A stretch of 64,000 bases of DNA from Camelus ferus (lineage: Eukaryota), in assembly GCF_009834535.1 (NCBI RefSeq), contig NC_045697.1, positions 115,198,001 to 115,262,000 of the forward strand, written 5' to 3'. Position 1 is the stretch's first letter, and each line of letters starts with the position of its first letter. The position numbers and the translations under genes are program-made. Shown here in pieces: positions 13,560 through 24,362 of this stretch. The notes beneath the pieces are model-generated. The model worked only from the letters and a program-made list of their open reading frames with translations, did not search any database and had not been told where the DNA came from.

Positions 13560-15500
13560 TACCAATTGCCAAAAAGTTTTGATGTGAATTTTTTAAAAAA
13601 CTATAAACCCATTAATCCAAGAACTTCAGTCAATCCTTAGCAGAAGAAACATAAAGAAAAACACACCATAGGAAAGCAAAATCAAATTATTGAAGATAAA
13701 CCTTTAAAAAGAACATTTTTAAAGCAGAATAGATTACATAACAGTAAGCATAAGGAAGTCCACAGACTTCTCATGCAATAGTATGCAAAATTAAAGACAA
13801 TAGATAGACAAGTAAAGTTTTGAAAGGAAACACAAGAAAACAAAACTTAAACTTCCTCTAAATGCTGCCACTCTAATTCCCCCCCACAAAAATCTTTTTA
13901 AAAATATGGTGCTTTTATTCTTTCAGATACACAAAAATGGAAAGAATACATTATCATTTGATTTGCACTACAGAAAATGTTAACATATTCAAGCAGAAGA
14001 AAAATAATAAAAAATGTGTTATTGTACCTAAATAGATAGAGTAATAGAAATGGTAAATATATGGGCAAAGGTAGAAGTTTTTCCTCAAATGTGATACTTT
14101 AAAAACAAAATTGACTATCAAGGACATATAGAATAGCAATGCATTGTTCTATAAAATATTTAGAAGTACATGACTGAAGAACAATGATTGGGAAGTAAAT
14201 AGAAAAATTACATTATAAGATTTTTTTAAACTATAAATAAGGTTTTAGAATATTTTTTGAAACTCAGTTATGATAAGTTAAAGTTGTGTAATATAAAATA
14301 TAGCACAAACACTAAAATAAAAGTGTATCTACCATTATTAGCAGTGAAGGTAAAATGTAATAAAAATAACAAGACTTTAAAGGGCAAAAAAGGAAGGAAA
14401 TGTAAAAACTAAAAAACAAAATACATGAAACAAATCGTAATGAATAACAAGATGATTGATTTAAATGTAATTATACTGATAGTTACAGTAAATATAAATG
14501 CTACAAATATACAGTTAAAAGTGAAAGACTGTTAACCTCAAAAACAAATACATAAAACCTCAAAAAACTTTAAATACAAAACAAAATTAAAAGTAGGTTA
14601 AAAGTAAAATAGATGGAAAATTATATATAACATGCAAACACTAAAAAAGAAAGATAAAATAAGTACATTAATATCAGACAATAGATTTCAGAATAAGGAG
14701 CATTGTCAGAGACAAAGAAGAGCATTCCATAATAATAATACAAGGGCCAATTCATCACACACACACAAAAATAACAGTAACCTAACTTCAAAATACATGA
14801 AGTAAAAACCAATAGGACTGAAAATAGGAATTTTTTAAAATTAGCAATTAGGATATTCCTACATTCCTCTCTCAGTGTAAGATAGAACAAGTAGACTAAA
14901 ATTCAATAAATACATTAAACATCTGAACAACACTATTAATCGACTTGAACTAATTTCTATATAGAGAACACTACAACAAAAAATTTCACAGTACAGATTG
15001 TTTTCAATTTTACACTAAATGTTCACCCAGATGATTGATATTCTGGGCCATAAAATAGTTTCAATAAATTTAAACAGATTGAAATCACACAACAAATGAT
15101 CCAAAGAAATTAAGCCAGAAAGCATTAACAAAAATATACATTATAAAACACCTAGTATTGGAAAGCAAATCGTATTTCTAAATAATCCACAGATTAAAGA
15201 AGGTGTCAAAAATGGAAGTTAGAAAAGAGTTTTACCTGAGCAAAAATGAAAACACAACACATCAAAGTTTTCACAGTATTGTTAAAGAAGTAACTAGAAG
15301 GCTATTTTAGAAATTATATGTTTAAATTAAAAAAGAATAAACTCAAGTAAAACCAAAAGGCTGAGGCCCTGAATAGACATTTTTACAGAGAAGACATACA
15401 CACATCATAAGTGTAATAACTTACATGACATGAAATTCCTTGATAGACATAAACTACTAAAACTGAATCAATAATAATTAGTGAAGGTGAACAATCGTGT
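13560..15500 (+). mobile_element. Second old L1 (L1ME/L1MC-type): ORF1 C-terminal part, inter-ORF region and ORF2 5' part
   Basis: ORF1 'aaactataaacccattaatccaagaacttcag...cacaccatagg'; ORF2 EN 'attaatatcagacaatagatttcagaataaggagcattgtcagagacaaagaagagcattcc', 'ctgaacaacactattaatcgacttgaactaat'. Confidence 0.8.
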
Positions 15501-16346
15501 ATTTATTCCTTGAGCATCTTTGGTAATTTAAAGGTGGTGGGTTGAGGAATCTGATAAAGGCCATATTAGCTTTTCAGCTAGTATGCCTGTGAATTCTTGA
15601 TTATCAATCTATGGAAAATATATCTGGATGTGTGCTGGTATATTTGTGCAACAGATTATGTTCTGTGGATTTATAAAGTGTTCACACAGAGGCTCAGAAG
15701 TGTTAAACTACTCCCTAATGACATGAATTATGAAAAATTGGGTTCATTTATATTCTGACAAAAGTAGTGATACTCTTCTTCCTATAACCAGATTCTAATT
15801 AATTTCAAGATTGGTATCCTCGGCTTTCCACAATTCAGAAGCCTATGTAGCTTGAACATGGAAAACATAATATGTCAAAATGATTGCAGTTTAACCAATG
15901 TAATTGTGTCTTACAATGATATTAGTAGTCTGCTTTGGAGTGAGAGTTACATGACAGAATCTCAAATTTCTCAATTTTGGTTCCATGAAAAAATAAGCCC
16001 TTGAAAGAATTCGAAGAAATGTTGCTGTGATTCTGTTTTCTCAATGAAAATTAATCTGCACCTTCTAGGATTACTAGGATGGTAACTAAATTAAATATAC
16101 TTTAAAAAATGTTCACTGAATTTGATTTAAAATAAATAACAAACAACATATTACACACACAGAGCTTTAGCATTTTTTGTTAATTAATCCTGACCTTTTG
16201 GTTGGAATGTTGTCAAGTCTGGGGAACATGGTGAGAAGTCTGAAGCTGTGTCCCTGTGATAGGGGCACAGATCCAGCCAGCAGTCTAAGGCATGACTGTG
16301 GTACCCAAGGTGATTTGATGAAGATATTTTCACTGAACTACCTCCC

Positions 16347-16727
16347 TGCATTAGTCAGCTCCAACTGCGTAACAAAATTCCATACACTATGTGTTTTTCA
16401 ACAGGAATTTATTTCTCTCCGTTCTGGAAGCTGGAAGCCCAAGATCAAGGTGCCGTAGGGTCACTGTCTGGTGAGGGCTCTCTAGGTTGGAGACGGCTGT
16501 CTTCTTGTTATGTCTTCTCAGGGCCTTTGTTCTGTGTGTCCCGGTGGAGACACAGAGGAGGCAACTTTTAAAAGGGCATTGATCTCATCATGAGGGACTT
16601 GCCTTCTTGAGCTCACCTAAACCTATTCATCTCCCAAAGGCCAAGTCTCCAAATGGCACTACTTTGGGGGTTAAGGTCTTTAACATCTATATAACTGGGG
16701 ACAGGAGACACAGTTCAGTCCACAACA
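16347..16727 (-). mobile_element. MaLR solo LTR (MLT1A/MLT1A0-like)
   Basis: TG...CA termini; 'atttatttctctccgttctggaagctggaagcccaagatcaaggtgcc'; 5-bp TSD ctccc/ctcac (1 mismatch). Confidence 0.9.
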
Positions 16728-17242
16728 CTCACTGAAGTGTTACAGCCAGAAATGTGAATGAAAGCAGAAAGTTTGGAAAAAAACAAAACAAAGCAAACAA
16801 AAAACCCCGTAACATACAGATAGGTATCTCACTGGGACAGGCTACACATCGCACAGCGCCTGAAAGAACTGGGTGATTTTCTCTCGTTATAAAGGGGCAC
16901 AGAGGGAAATCTACAACTTAAACCCTTGTCAGTATTAACTACCCGTGCACACACTCTTTGTCTATTATTTTACACTTTAAAGACTAGACAGTAACAGATA
17001 CTTCAATATTAGGAGTATAGCAACGGCTGTTGGAGGCTGACTAGTAGATTAATGATCCAGTCAAATGAATGTAAAAGCAGAAATGTCCTCTCTTTGCCTA
17101 TTGTTTCTGTTATGTTTCCTAAGAAAAATACCGAATGCATATGCTTATATCTCTCACTAAAGGAGTTAGCAATTACAAAAGAGATTTTTAAACATCAATT
17201 ATATTTAAAACTTATTTATTTTCTTAATAAAGATGCCTGTTT

Positions 17243-17310
17243 CTAGGATACCCAGATTTAGCAAATAAAACGTAAGACACCCAGTTACATTGGAACAATT
17301 ATCTCTAACT
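17243..17310 (+). mobile_element. MER53-like hAT MITE, left end
   Basis: 'taggatacccagatttagcaaataaaacgtaagacacccagtta' matches the recalled MER53 terminus TAGGGTTGCCAGATTTAGCAAATAAAAATACAGGACGCCCAGTTA. Confidence 0.75.
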
Positions 17311-18679
17311 GATACATTTTTCTATTCTAATTTTAAAAAGTTGAGTATGAGACATTTAAGAAGTCCTGACAAAATCATTGTGTGACTCAAGATCAAAGAA
17401 ATATATACATGGCATGTTCTGTCTACAGTCAACCCTACCTGTGTCTCACTCTTCCGTTGTACTCTGTATAGTATTCTAAGCCCAAAGTTAAGGATTAGCA
17501 TTAATTTTTAAATAGAAAACAAATCAGAGGCATCATATCCTTCAACCAGACAGGATTTTAGCAGTTTTAAAGCATTTTTATTGTTTATACAACAGTTTTG
17601 TGAATGTGAAACTGTAGTAACAGAAAGAAAGCACTTCGGAAAACTTGCTGATACTCAAGCAGTCATCGAGTAATCTTGTCACCAACTATATTCCTGAATG
17701 TGTGTTGTCTTTTGGACTTTGAATAGGATACACTGAAGAAATATGACAAAAAAAAAAAAAAGATGTGAAGGACAAGGAGAATTGAAGGTCCAAATAATTC
17801 TGATTATATGAATTACAAAACGAAAAATATACTTGGTTTTGAGGCTGTAAGAGAGTGAGGTGACTTGACAAATAGATCTTACATGACTTGTTTTGTAAGC
17901 CATCCTGCATGTCAGAATTCCTGTGGCGAAAGCACAAAACTGGAGTGAACTTGGGACCACGGAAGAAAATCAAGTGTGTTTTTAGCATTTACAGCAAGTG
18001 AAAAGCAGACATCCCATCTACCCTTTGCCCCACACTTGGGAAATAAGGCTGAAGGCCCTTTGTGCTTGGGATGGTAGGAGGGAACTCCCAATGAGGGCGT
18101 CTCTTTTATAAGTACTCAGCACAACTGGGCGTTTCTGGGTGTCCTAAAGGTCAAGCTAATATTAGCTGTAAAGGTTAGAATCCAACATTGCTAGGATGGG
18201 AGGAAGAGACAGAAAACGTTTACCATTAGGGAAAGTGACACATTGAAACTACAACAGAAAAGTGCATTACAGAACAAAGTTAAAGAGCATTTAAAAGGGA
18301 AAAAAATGACCACAACATATCATGTGAAATAACATTATTAAGTCTGCACTTCCTTTTACATGTGAATCATTTTCTGTGTTTAAAGACTGTTGGAATATTG
18401 AGTCAATAGCTGGAAGGTACGTTATGTGGAAAAATTTGATCATTTCCTTATATTTTCCAGTTATGGCACAATTATTTGTAAATATGTATTTCTAAAATAA
18501 TATTACCATAGAAATATTTGTTCAGAGTAGAAAAATTCAAAAGTGAAAGGAAATATAAGGACAGAATAAAGGTAACACTCAAAATAGCTTTCACAGGTTG
18601 CATAGAAATCTATCATAGTTAATCAATTCCTTCATTTTTTAGAAATCTTATTATAAATTGCACTATAACCATTGTGCTT

Positions 18680-18850
18680 TAGTTAAACTTTAATATTTTG
18701 AGTGCTGACTATGTGACAGTAACAGTAACTCTATGAAACAGTACTAGTATCAGTATCTCTATTTTATCCAAGAAGGAACTGAGAGGGTTTATATTTAAAC
18801 CTACAATGTCTAATTTCCATGCCTGCACTCTTTACATTTATATTATCTTA
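18680..18850 (-). mobile_element. MIR SINE fragment
   Basis: 'gtaactctatgaaacagtactagtatcagtatctctattttatccaagaaggaactgagag'. Confidence 0.65.
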
Positions 18851-18859
18851 CTGATGGTT

Positions 18860-19112
18860 AATGAACAGAATTGCTAACTCAAAAATATGAAGAACTGTAA
18901 GACTTTTGACAGATTTTGCCTAATATCCTCCAGATACTATACCAATCATTCTCTTACAAAGTTTATGACAGTGTATGAGGATTCATTTTTCCTGCTAATA
19001 GTGGAAATTAAAATTAAGAGGAAAGAAAAGAACTTTTCCATAGTAGCTACAAAATGGTTTATCATTGGGTGAATTTTTGTTTCTCCAATTATTGAAGTGG
19101 TTTGACTACATA
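18860..19112 (-). mobile_element. L1ME-type fragment
   Basis: 'agaattgctaactcaaaa...ttttgacagattttgcctaatatcctccagatactataccaatc'. Confidence 0.5.
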
Positions 19113-19116
19113 TAAT

Positions 19117-20660
19117 ACATATCTGGAAGAAGACTTAAAAGAGATGCTGCATTCAGAGAAAGAGAGTCAAGAGAAACCCATCAGGAAAGTCCAAAAGTCA
19201 TTGGCCCTCGACCTGGTGGATGAATACACGAAGCTGCTGGTGTCCACATTGTCTGTGATTCTGTGCTTCAAAAAGAATCAGCCAACAAATGTCCCATCAG
19301 GCTCTGGCAGCCTTGTACTTCTGCCAGAGCCTTGTACTTTCAGATATTGAAGAGAAGAGTATCACTTTCCAGGATCTTTTGCAGACAGTGCTAGAGAAAG
19401 CAGGGATACCCAGGAGACCTGAAGCTGCTTCCTGACACCTACCCCATGACCACCACCTGGAAAACAGTAGCCCTCAAGAGGAACAAAGGACCAGATCATC
19501 ATTCAGGAGAAAATCTGGCAGCTCCTGGACCACTGAGAACCCAGCCACACATGGGAGATGCTCATCTTGTCCTGGAAGGTGTGGATACTCATATGGAAAA
19601 TCTCAAGTTTATGTGGATCAGTGAAAGGCATTGAGGGAATGCCTGTGAATTTGAGCATCACGCTACATACAGGCAGGACGGTGGTACCACCTCATCCTTT
19701 GCAAGGAGTCTTCTGTCTCCAGGCACTCCCCAGACTGCTCTGGGGGAAGCAAAGCAGGACCCGCTGTAACCAAGTAGGACCCTATGGGGTCTTCTGGGAC
19801 AGACCCATCCCCCATGTCCACCTGCCTCTTGTCTGTAGAAAAACTTTAGTCTCCCAGGCTTCCCCAAGTTCCAAAGAGTACATTTAATCAGACAAGTGAG
19901 AAAACGCAGAAAGAAAAGGAAAAGAGTCATGCAAGACTAAATAATCGTTTAGTCATCAAATCAAGTCAAGGGCCTTTAGTTCCTCCTTAAGGGCTAGAAA
20001 TAATATTCTGAGACATATCCTTTGAGCTGTTTTGCAGATACTGAAACCCCCACCAGGTGGAAGAAGTTAACTGTGTGCTGCCCACAAGCACATAGACCCC
20101 AGACCCGTTGGAACCAGAAGGGTGATGATGTTGACTCTTGTTGACCTCACCACCCGTCAGTCAGAAGACTGTCCATGAGTGGATCACAGGCCCCCCAGCC
20201 CCCTCCCTCACCCTGTCTTTAAAAACCTTTCCCTGAAAGCCTTCAGGAAGTTCAGGCCTTTTAAAGACTGGCTATCTGGACCCCTTGCTTGGCGCCTGCA
20301 ATAAACGCTGCACTTTCCTTCACCACAGCCCAGAGTCAGTAGATTGGCTTTACTGTGTGCAGGCAGGTGGACCCAAGTTTGATTTGGTAAAGTAGCACTG
20401 TCCCCTCCAACTCAGGCTGGAGTGGTTCCAAGAAAGCAAAGTCCACATCCTGGTCTTGCCCTGTTCTTCTCCCCTGATGCCACAGGGAATCCCATTAGCT
20501 TCTCCCGGGGTCTGGTCAGATCTGGCTCTGACTCTCAGAAGGGATCTGTTTCAGGAACCTCTGGCCTCAACTCAGACACAAGTGTAGGAGAAAGGAGCAT
20601 AGTGAAAGGTGCCCCTTCCTTTAGCCTCTGATGGCACATTTAATTTTACTTTTCTCTTAA
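19117..20660 (+). pseudogene. MYBL2: Processed, 5'-truncated MYBL2 (B-Myb) retrocopy: C-terminal coding part 19117-19575 plus 3' UTR, interrupted by an LTR at 19765-20391
   Basis: Translates across frames as YLEEDLKEMLHSE..PIRKVQKSLALDLVDEYTKLLVSTL...MTTTWKTVA..TKDQIIIQEKIWQLL..PSHTWEMLILS. B-Myb, as recalled, reads HLEEDLKEVLRSE..PIKKVRKSLALDIVDEDVKLMMSTL...MSSAWKTVA..TRDQLFMQEKARQLL..PSHTSRTLILS*. There are no introns, but there are frameshifts and stops. Downstream sequence on both sides of the LTR resembles the MYBL2 3' UTR. Confidence 0.9.
19765..20391 (+). mobile_element. ERV1-class solo LTR (cetartiodactyl-type)
   Basis: Starts 'tgtaaccaagtaggaccctatgggg'; TATA-like 'tttaaaaa' ~20218; AATAAA 20300-20305; ends 'cccaagtttgatttggtaa'; terminal CA and TSD not preserved. 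Confidence 0.85.
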
Positions 20661-20761
20661 AGACAACCTTTCTATTTATTTAAAAAATGTATGTGCACAT
20701 ATGGGTGTGTCTGTGTGGTTTGTGGCTATGTGTATGTGAGTGTTTGCATGTGTGTGACTTG

Positions 20762-20965
20762 CTGTGATATGGCTGGAGGTGGTTCATATCAACTCAAGAA
20801 AATCAGTAATTAAATTTTCAGGAACTTTTGCAAGTCTGTTGATTGGTAGTTTGAAATCAGTAATCTTGGGGGTGTTTATCTAATAGAAAAGAACAAAGTT
20901 TACAGGTCAGAAAACTCTCCAAACAGGGTTGTTTTTATCTCCCTAGAGTCCCTGCCCATTAATTT
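20762..20965 (+). mobile_element. MER63A-like hAT MITE
   Basis: 'ttaaattttcaggaacttttgcaagtctgttg...ttgaaatcagtaatcttgggggtgtttatc' follows the recalled MER63A consensus. Confidence 0.65.
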
Positions 20966-20971
20966 TATATG

Positions 20972-21070
20972 TCATTTTTCAGATGAATGAATTTTTGAGG
21001 CCCACAAGTTAGGAACTGACATGCTTGTGGTCACATAGATAAGTAGGGGCTGAAAATCTAACCACTAAGT
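20972..21070 (-). mobile_element. MIR fragment
   Basis: 'catttttcagatgaatgaatttttgaggcccacaagttagg...ggtcacatagataagtagg'. Confidence 0.7.
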
Positions 21071-21174
21071 GCTGTTTCTGAACATAGGTCAGTAATTTTT
21101 TCTAGGAAGATTGATTTCACTTATCTATGAGATTCAAAATCATTGACTGTTCTTTTTCCTCAAAATTAATTCAT

Positions 21175-21609
21175 ACCAGTAGTGGTAAATACAGCCAGTG
21201 TCTGGATCTTGGTTTCTGGTATACCGTTCTCCAGTGACGGGAGACAGGGCTCCTTGGAGACACGTCTCATCCTAGGGTTGACAAGGAATAGACAAGATGA
21301 GCCTGTGAGGAGAGCGAGAACGCAAGTGCTACTGCCACAGAGGGCTGAGGGCATGTGAAAGGGACCTGATGTCCACTGCGAGGGCTGCCAGTGGCCAAAG
21401 CTGGAGCAGTTTGAGCATGAAAGTAAATGGCATAGAACTGGATTATAACCCAAAGTTTAAAATATTCGTAAGTCCATACTGATGTGTATGGTGAGTTAAA
21501 TACATAAATAGGGAGAATAGATAAATATTCCATATAGAAGAATTCTGAATAATTTATGTAGATATCACCCCCCACGACTGCAAGGAGGTGGACCACTCAC
21601 GTATGAGTC
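21175..21609 (+). mobile_element. L1MC/L1MD-type 3' UTR fragment
   Basis: 'gccagtggccaaagctggagcagtttgagcatgaaagtaaatgg...ggattataacccaaagtttaaaata' is typical of L1MC3/L1MD 3' ends. Confidence 0.8.
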
Positions 21610-21975
21610 TGTAACAGAAAACAAATCTGACTCCATATTAGATCTGTTCCTTTGGCTTTAACCCTGCGTCTTGTTTTCTAGGCTTAGTCTTGTTAGCTCT
21701 GCACTCACGTAAAGATAAGTTGCAGAATAGAAAATAATGCTTGTTTTGTTGGAGGTTTACAGGGGCACCATGAGCTGGCCCACGTGGACAGCTGTGGGAA
21801 CAAAGAATTCATACACCAAGAAGTTTGCACAACCAACCACACCCCCTCCCTTTTTTAGTATAAAAGGAGCCTGAATTCTGACTTGGGGAAGATGGTTTTC
21901 CAGGACATTAGTCTCCCATCTTCTCGATCTGCTGGCTTTCTGAATGAAGTCACTATTCCTTGCCCTAACACTCCA
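21610..21975 (+). mobile_element. ERV1 LTR, MER41-like (ungulate family), internally deleted and 3'-truncated
   Basis: Starts 'tgtaacagaaaacaaatctgactccatattagatctgttc'; TATA 'tataaaa' ~21859; aligns by eye with the reverse complement of 23880-24362. Confidence 0.85.
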
Positions 21976-22737
21976 TTGTTTATTGAAGGAAATCAAACTG
22001 ATCTGTCAGTAGCTTCTTTAGAATTGAGTCTTGGCTGGAATAGCAAATGGGGAATTGAGAGCAAAGTTAAGACTGTCTAAGACTGCACTTGAATGGTTAA
22101 TAAAACTGCACGGTTCTGGGGAACAAAACAAAACAAAAACAAACCAAAACACACTTCCTTGGTTAAGGAAGTCTGAAACCCCCCTGAGAAACTAAGCATG
22201 TAAGATTTCCACATGCCTGAGCATGCAGGAAATCAGCACCACCAGTCAGTGTAATACACTGTTTGAATCTTTGCTTAAAATTATCATAAAATATTTTAAA
22301 ACAGTCTATCTTTTTGATCAACTTTAAATATTCAACACTTCATTATTTCAATTTAATTTAAGCCATTTTTGTGTTATCCAGCAATGCTTATTTTATTTCC
22401 CCTGAATGCATTCATATTTGGCTAGATAATTGCTCATTAATAAACCCATTTAAATGCCTGTATCTAAGAAAGGGAAGAAGGAAATGAGACCAGTTACATT
22501 TACTGGCTTAAAGCATCTCGGAGGAAAACATCTGTGGCAGAAATAGGTTGAAGCCATTAGTGTGAAAGAAATTTGAAGAATGACAGTTATTCAAATTGAT
22601 GTATCTAAAATTTCATTGTATTGGATTTAAAAATTGAGAGTAGGCTTTTTAAAGGATATTTTTTCTAATATTTTCAAGTACCATACTAATTTTTATCCTT
22701 TTTTTTTGTAGGCCAAATTTGAAAGCTTGATTCTCAC

Positions 22738-22749
22738 CTCTGTAGTTAC
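22738..22749 (-). other. Candidate 12-nt microexon or recursive-splice-like site
   Basis: Minus strand reads 'atttttcttcttattttacag|GTAACTACAGAG|gtgagaat': polypyrimidine tract + CAG acceptor and a GAG/GTGAGA donor 12 nt apart, in non-repeat sequence. No transcript evidence is available. Confidence 0.35.
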
Positions 22750-23879
22750 CTGTAAAATAAGAAGAAAAATACTAAAAATGAATCATGAAAACAATACTGC
22801 CAAGATTTGCGTTAACTGGAAGTTTAACCCATATATGTGGGTATCTAGCTATGTTTCCTAGATAGGTAAATTAACTGGATTCTTTGACGTTCGAAAGACA
22901 TTGTATAGTTAATTTTTCTAAAGTAGGAAATTTAGTTAAAAGTTTCTATTTATTTAACCACAGTAAAAAAAAAAAAAGAATAATTATAATAAAATAAAAA
23001 TATATACCATATACATAAAGTTCTTTGTATATCAACTATGTCTCAATAAAATTATTAAAATTAAAAATAATTTTGTTTAAAAGAGAAAAAAGCTGCAATA
23101 ATTATCCAAGAAATATCTTCAAGTAATACCTAATGAGCTGATAATTGCAACTTTTTCTTACCCTGAAAATTCAAAGAGGAGTCATTTATATTGTGATAGA
23201 CATTTCTCAGAAGCAGCTAGCTATCTGTTTTTAAATCAGGTTCCCTTGCTTATCTGAAACAGGAAACAGGGCATAACTAAACCATGATCACTGCAGTTTG
23301 AAATTATAAAGGGGAAGAAATGGGTATTAATTTCAGATCCATTACCTCTCCAGAAGCTGCAAGCGACAATCAGTCAATAGCAGTAGAGTATTAATAATTG
23401 AATTAATGGTACTCAGTGAAAAGGGAGTGCAGTAAGATCACGGCTTAAAGGGCTTTAATTTAGACTGAAGTCAATTGTCACAGGGTGGAGAAAGGGAATA
23501 TTTGTGACACAATAAGAGACGAAGTGTCATTATCCTATAATAGCTGAAAAGTGTTCAGGAAGGAAATTTTTATTATACAGTATTACAATAAGCTGGGGAT
23601 AATTGAACTTTTTTTTTCCTTGTTGCAGACTAGTATACCAATTAGAATATTGACACAATGAAAAATGTGGAAAAAAAAGAATATTAACACAATAGCTCAT
23701 GATTCACGATAATTTTATTCAGCATTATATATTCTAGAGCACATGTAACAAGGTTTTGATTATTTTATGTATTCAGTCATGTCTAGAAAGCTTAACAATT
23801 AGTAATAACTTTTATTATTTATTGTAGTGATTACTAAGTATTTGTTTCATTAACTCTTTTAAAGCATTGACAATAAATT

Positions 23880-24362
23880 TGTTACTGAGTTCAAGCTCCT
23901 TCTGCTCACCACGCAACAGGCCAATAAATTGAGAGATGAGGTGTTGGAGCAAGGAATAGCAACTTTATTTGGAAAGACAGCAGACATAGAAGATGATGGA
24001 CTAGTCTTACCCTTAGAGTTTAGGCTTCTCATACTAAAAGGGGAGGGGGTGTGGCTGGTTGCAAATTTCTTGGTGCTGGAATCCTTCATTCTTGCAGCTG
24101 TCCATGTAGGTCTGGTCACAATGTACCTGTAAATTTACAATTGTTATTTTCTGTTCTGCAACTGTTCTCTATATGAATGGTAAAATGTTACACCCTTAAG
24201 GGTCAGAGCCTTGAGGATGGGCTTTCCTGTCTATTTCAGGCTCTAGGCAACATCCTTTTACAAAAGGTGCAGAACCAGCATGACTCAGCACAGGAAACAG
24301 CCCAGGGTTAGAGCCAAAAGAACAGATCCAATATGGAGTCAGGTTTTTTCTTCTGTGTTACA
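23880..24362 (-). mobile_element. ERV1 solo LTR, MER41-like, full length
   Basis: TGTTAC...TGTTACA termini; 4-bp TSD aatt/gatt; poly(A) signal seen as 'tttatt' ~23964. Confidence 0.9.

Noticed and set aside
22690..22715. Plus-strand splice acceptor 'ccttttttttttgtag|gcc'
   Set aside because: No convincing donor or open frame downstream; T-runs ending in AG are common here.
21610..24362. Intact STAT1 (GAS, TTCNNNGAA) sites in the MER41-like LTRs
   Set aside because: I found only a near-match (TTCCAGGAC ~21898) and no perfect site, so an interferon-enhancer claim is unsupported.
21610..24362. The two LTRs as the ends of one provirus
   Set aside because: They are inverted rather than direct, the right one has its own TSD, and no retroviral internal sequence lies between them.
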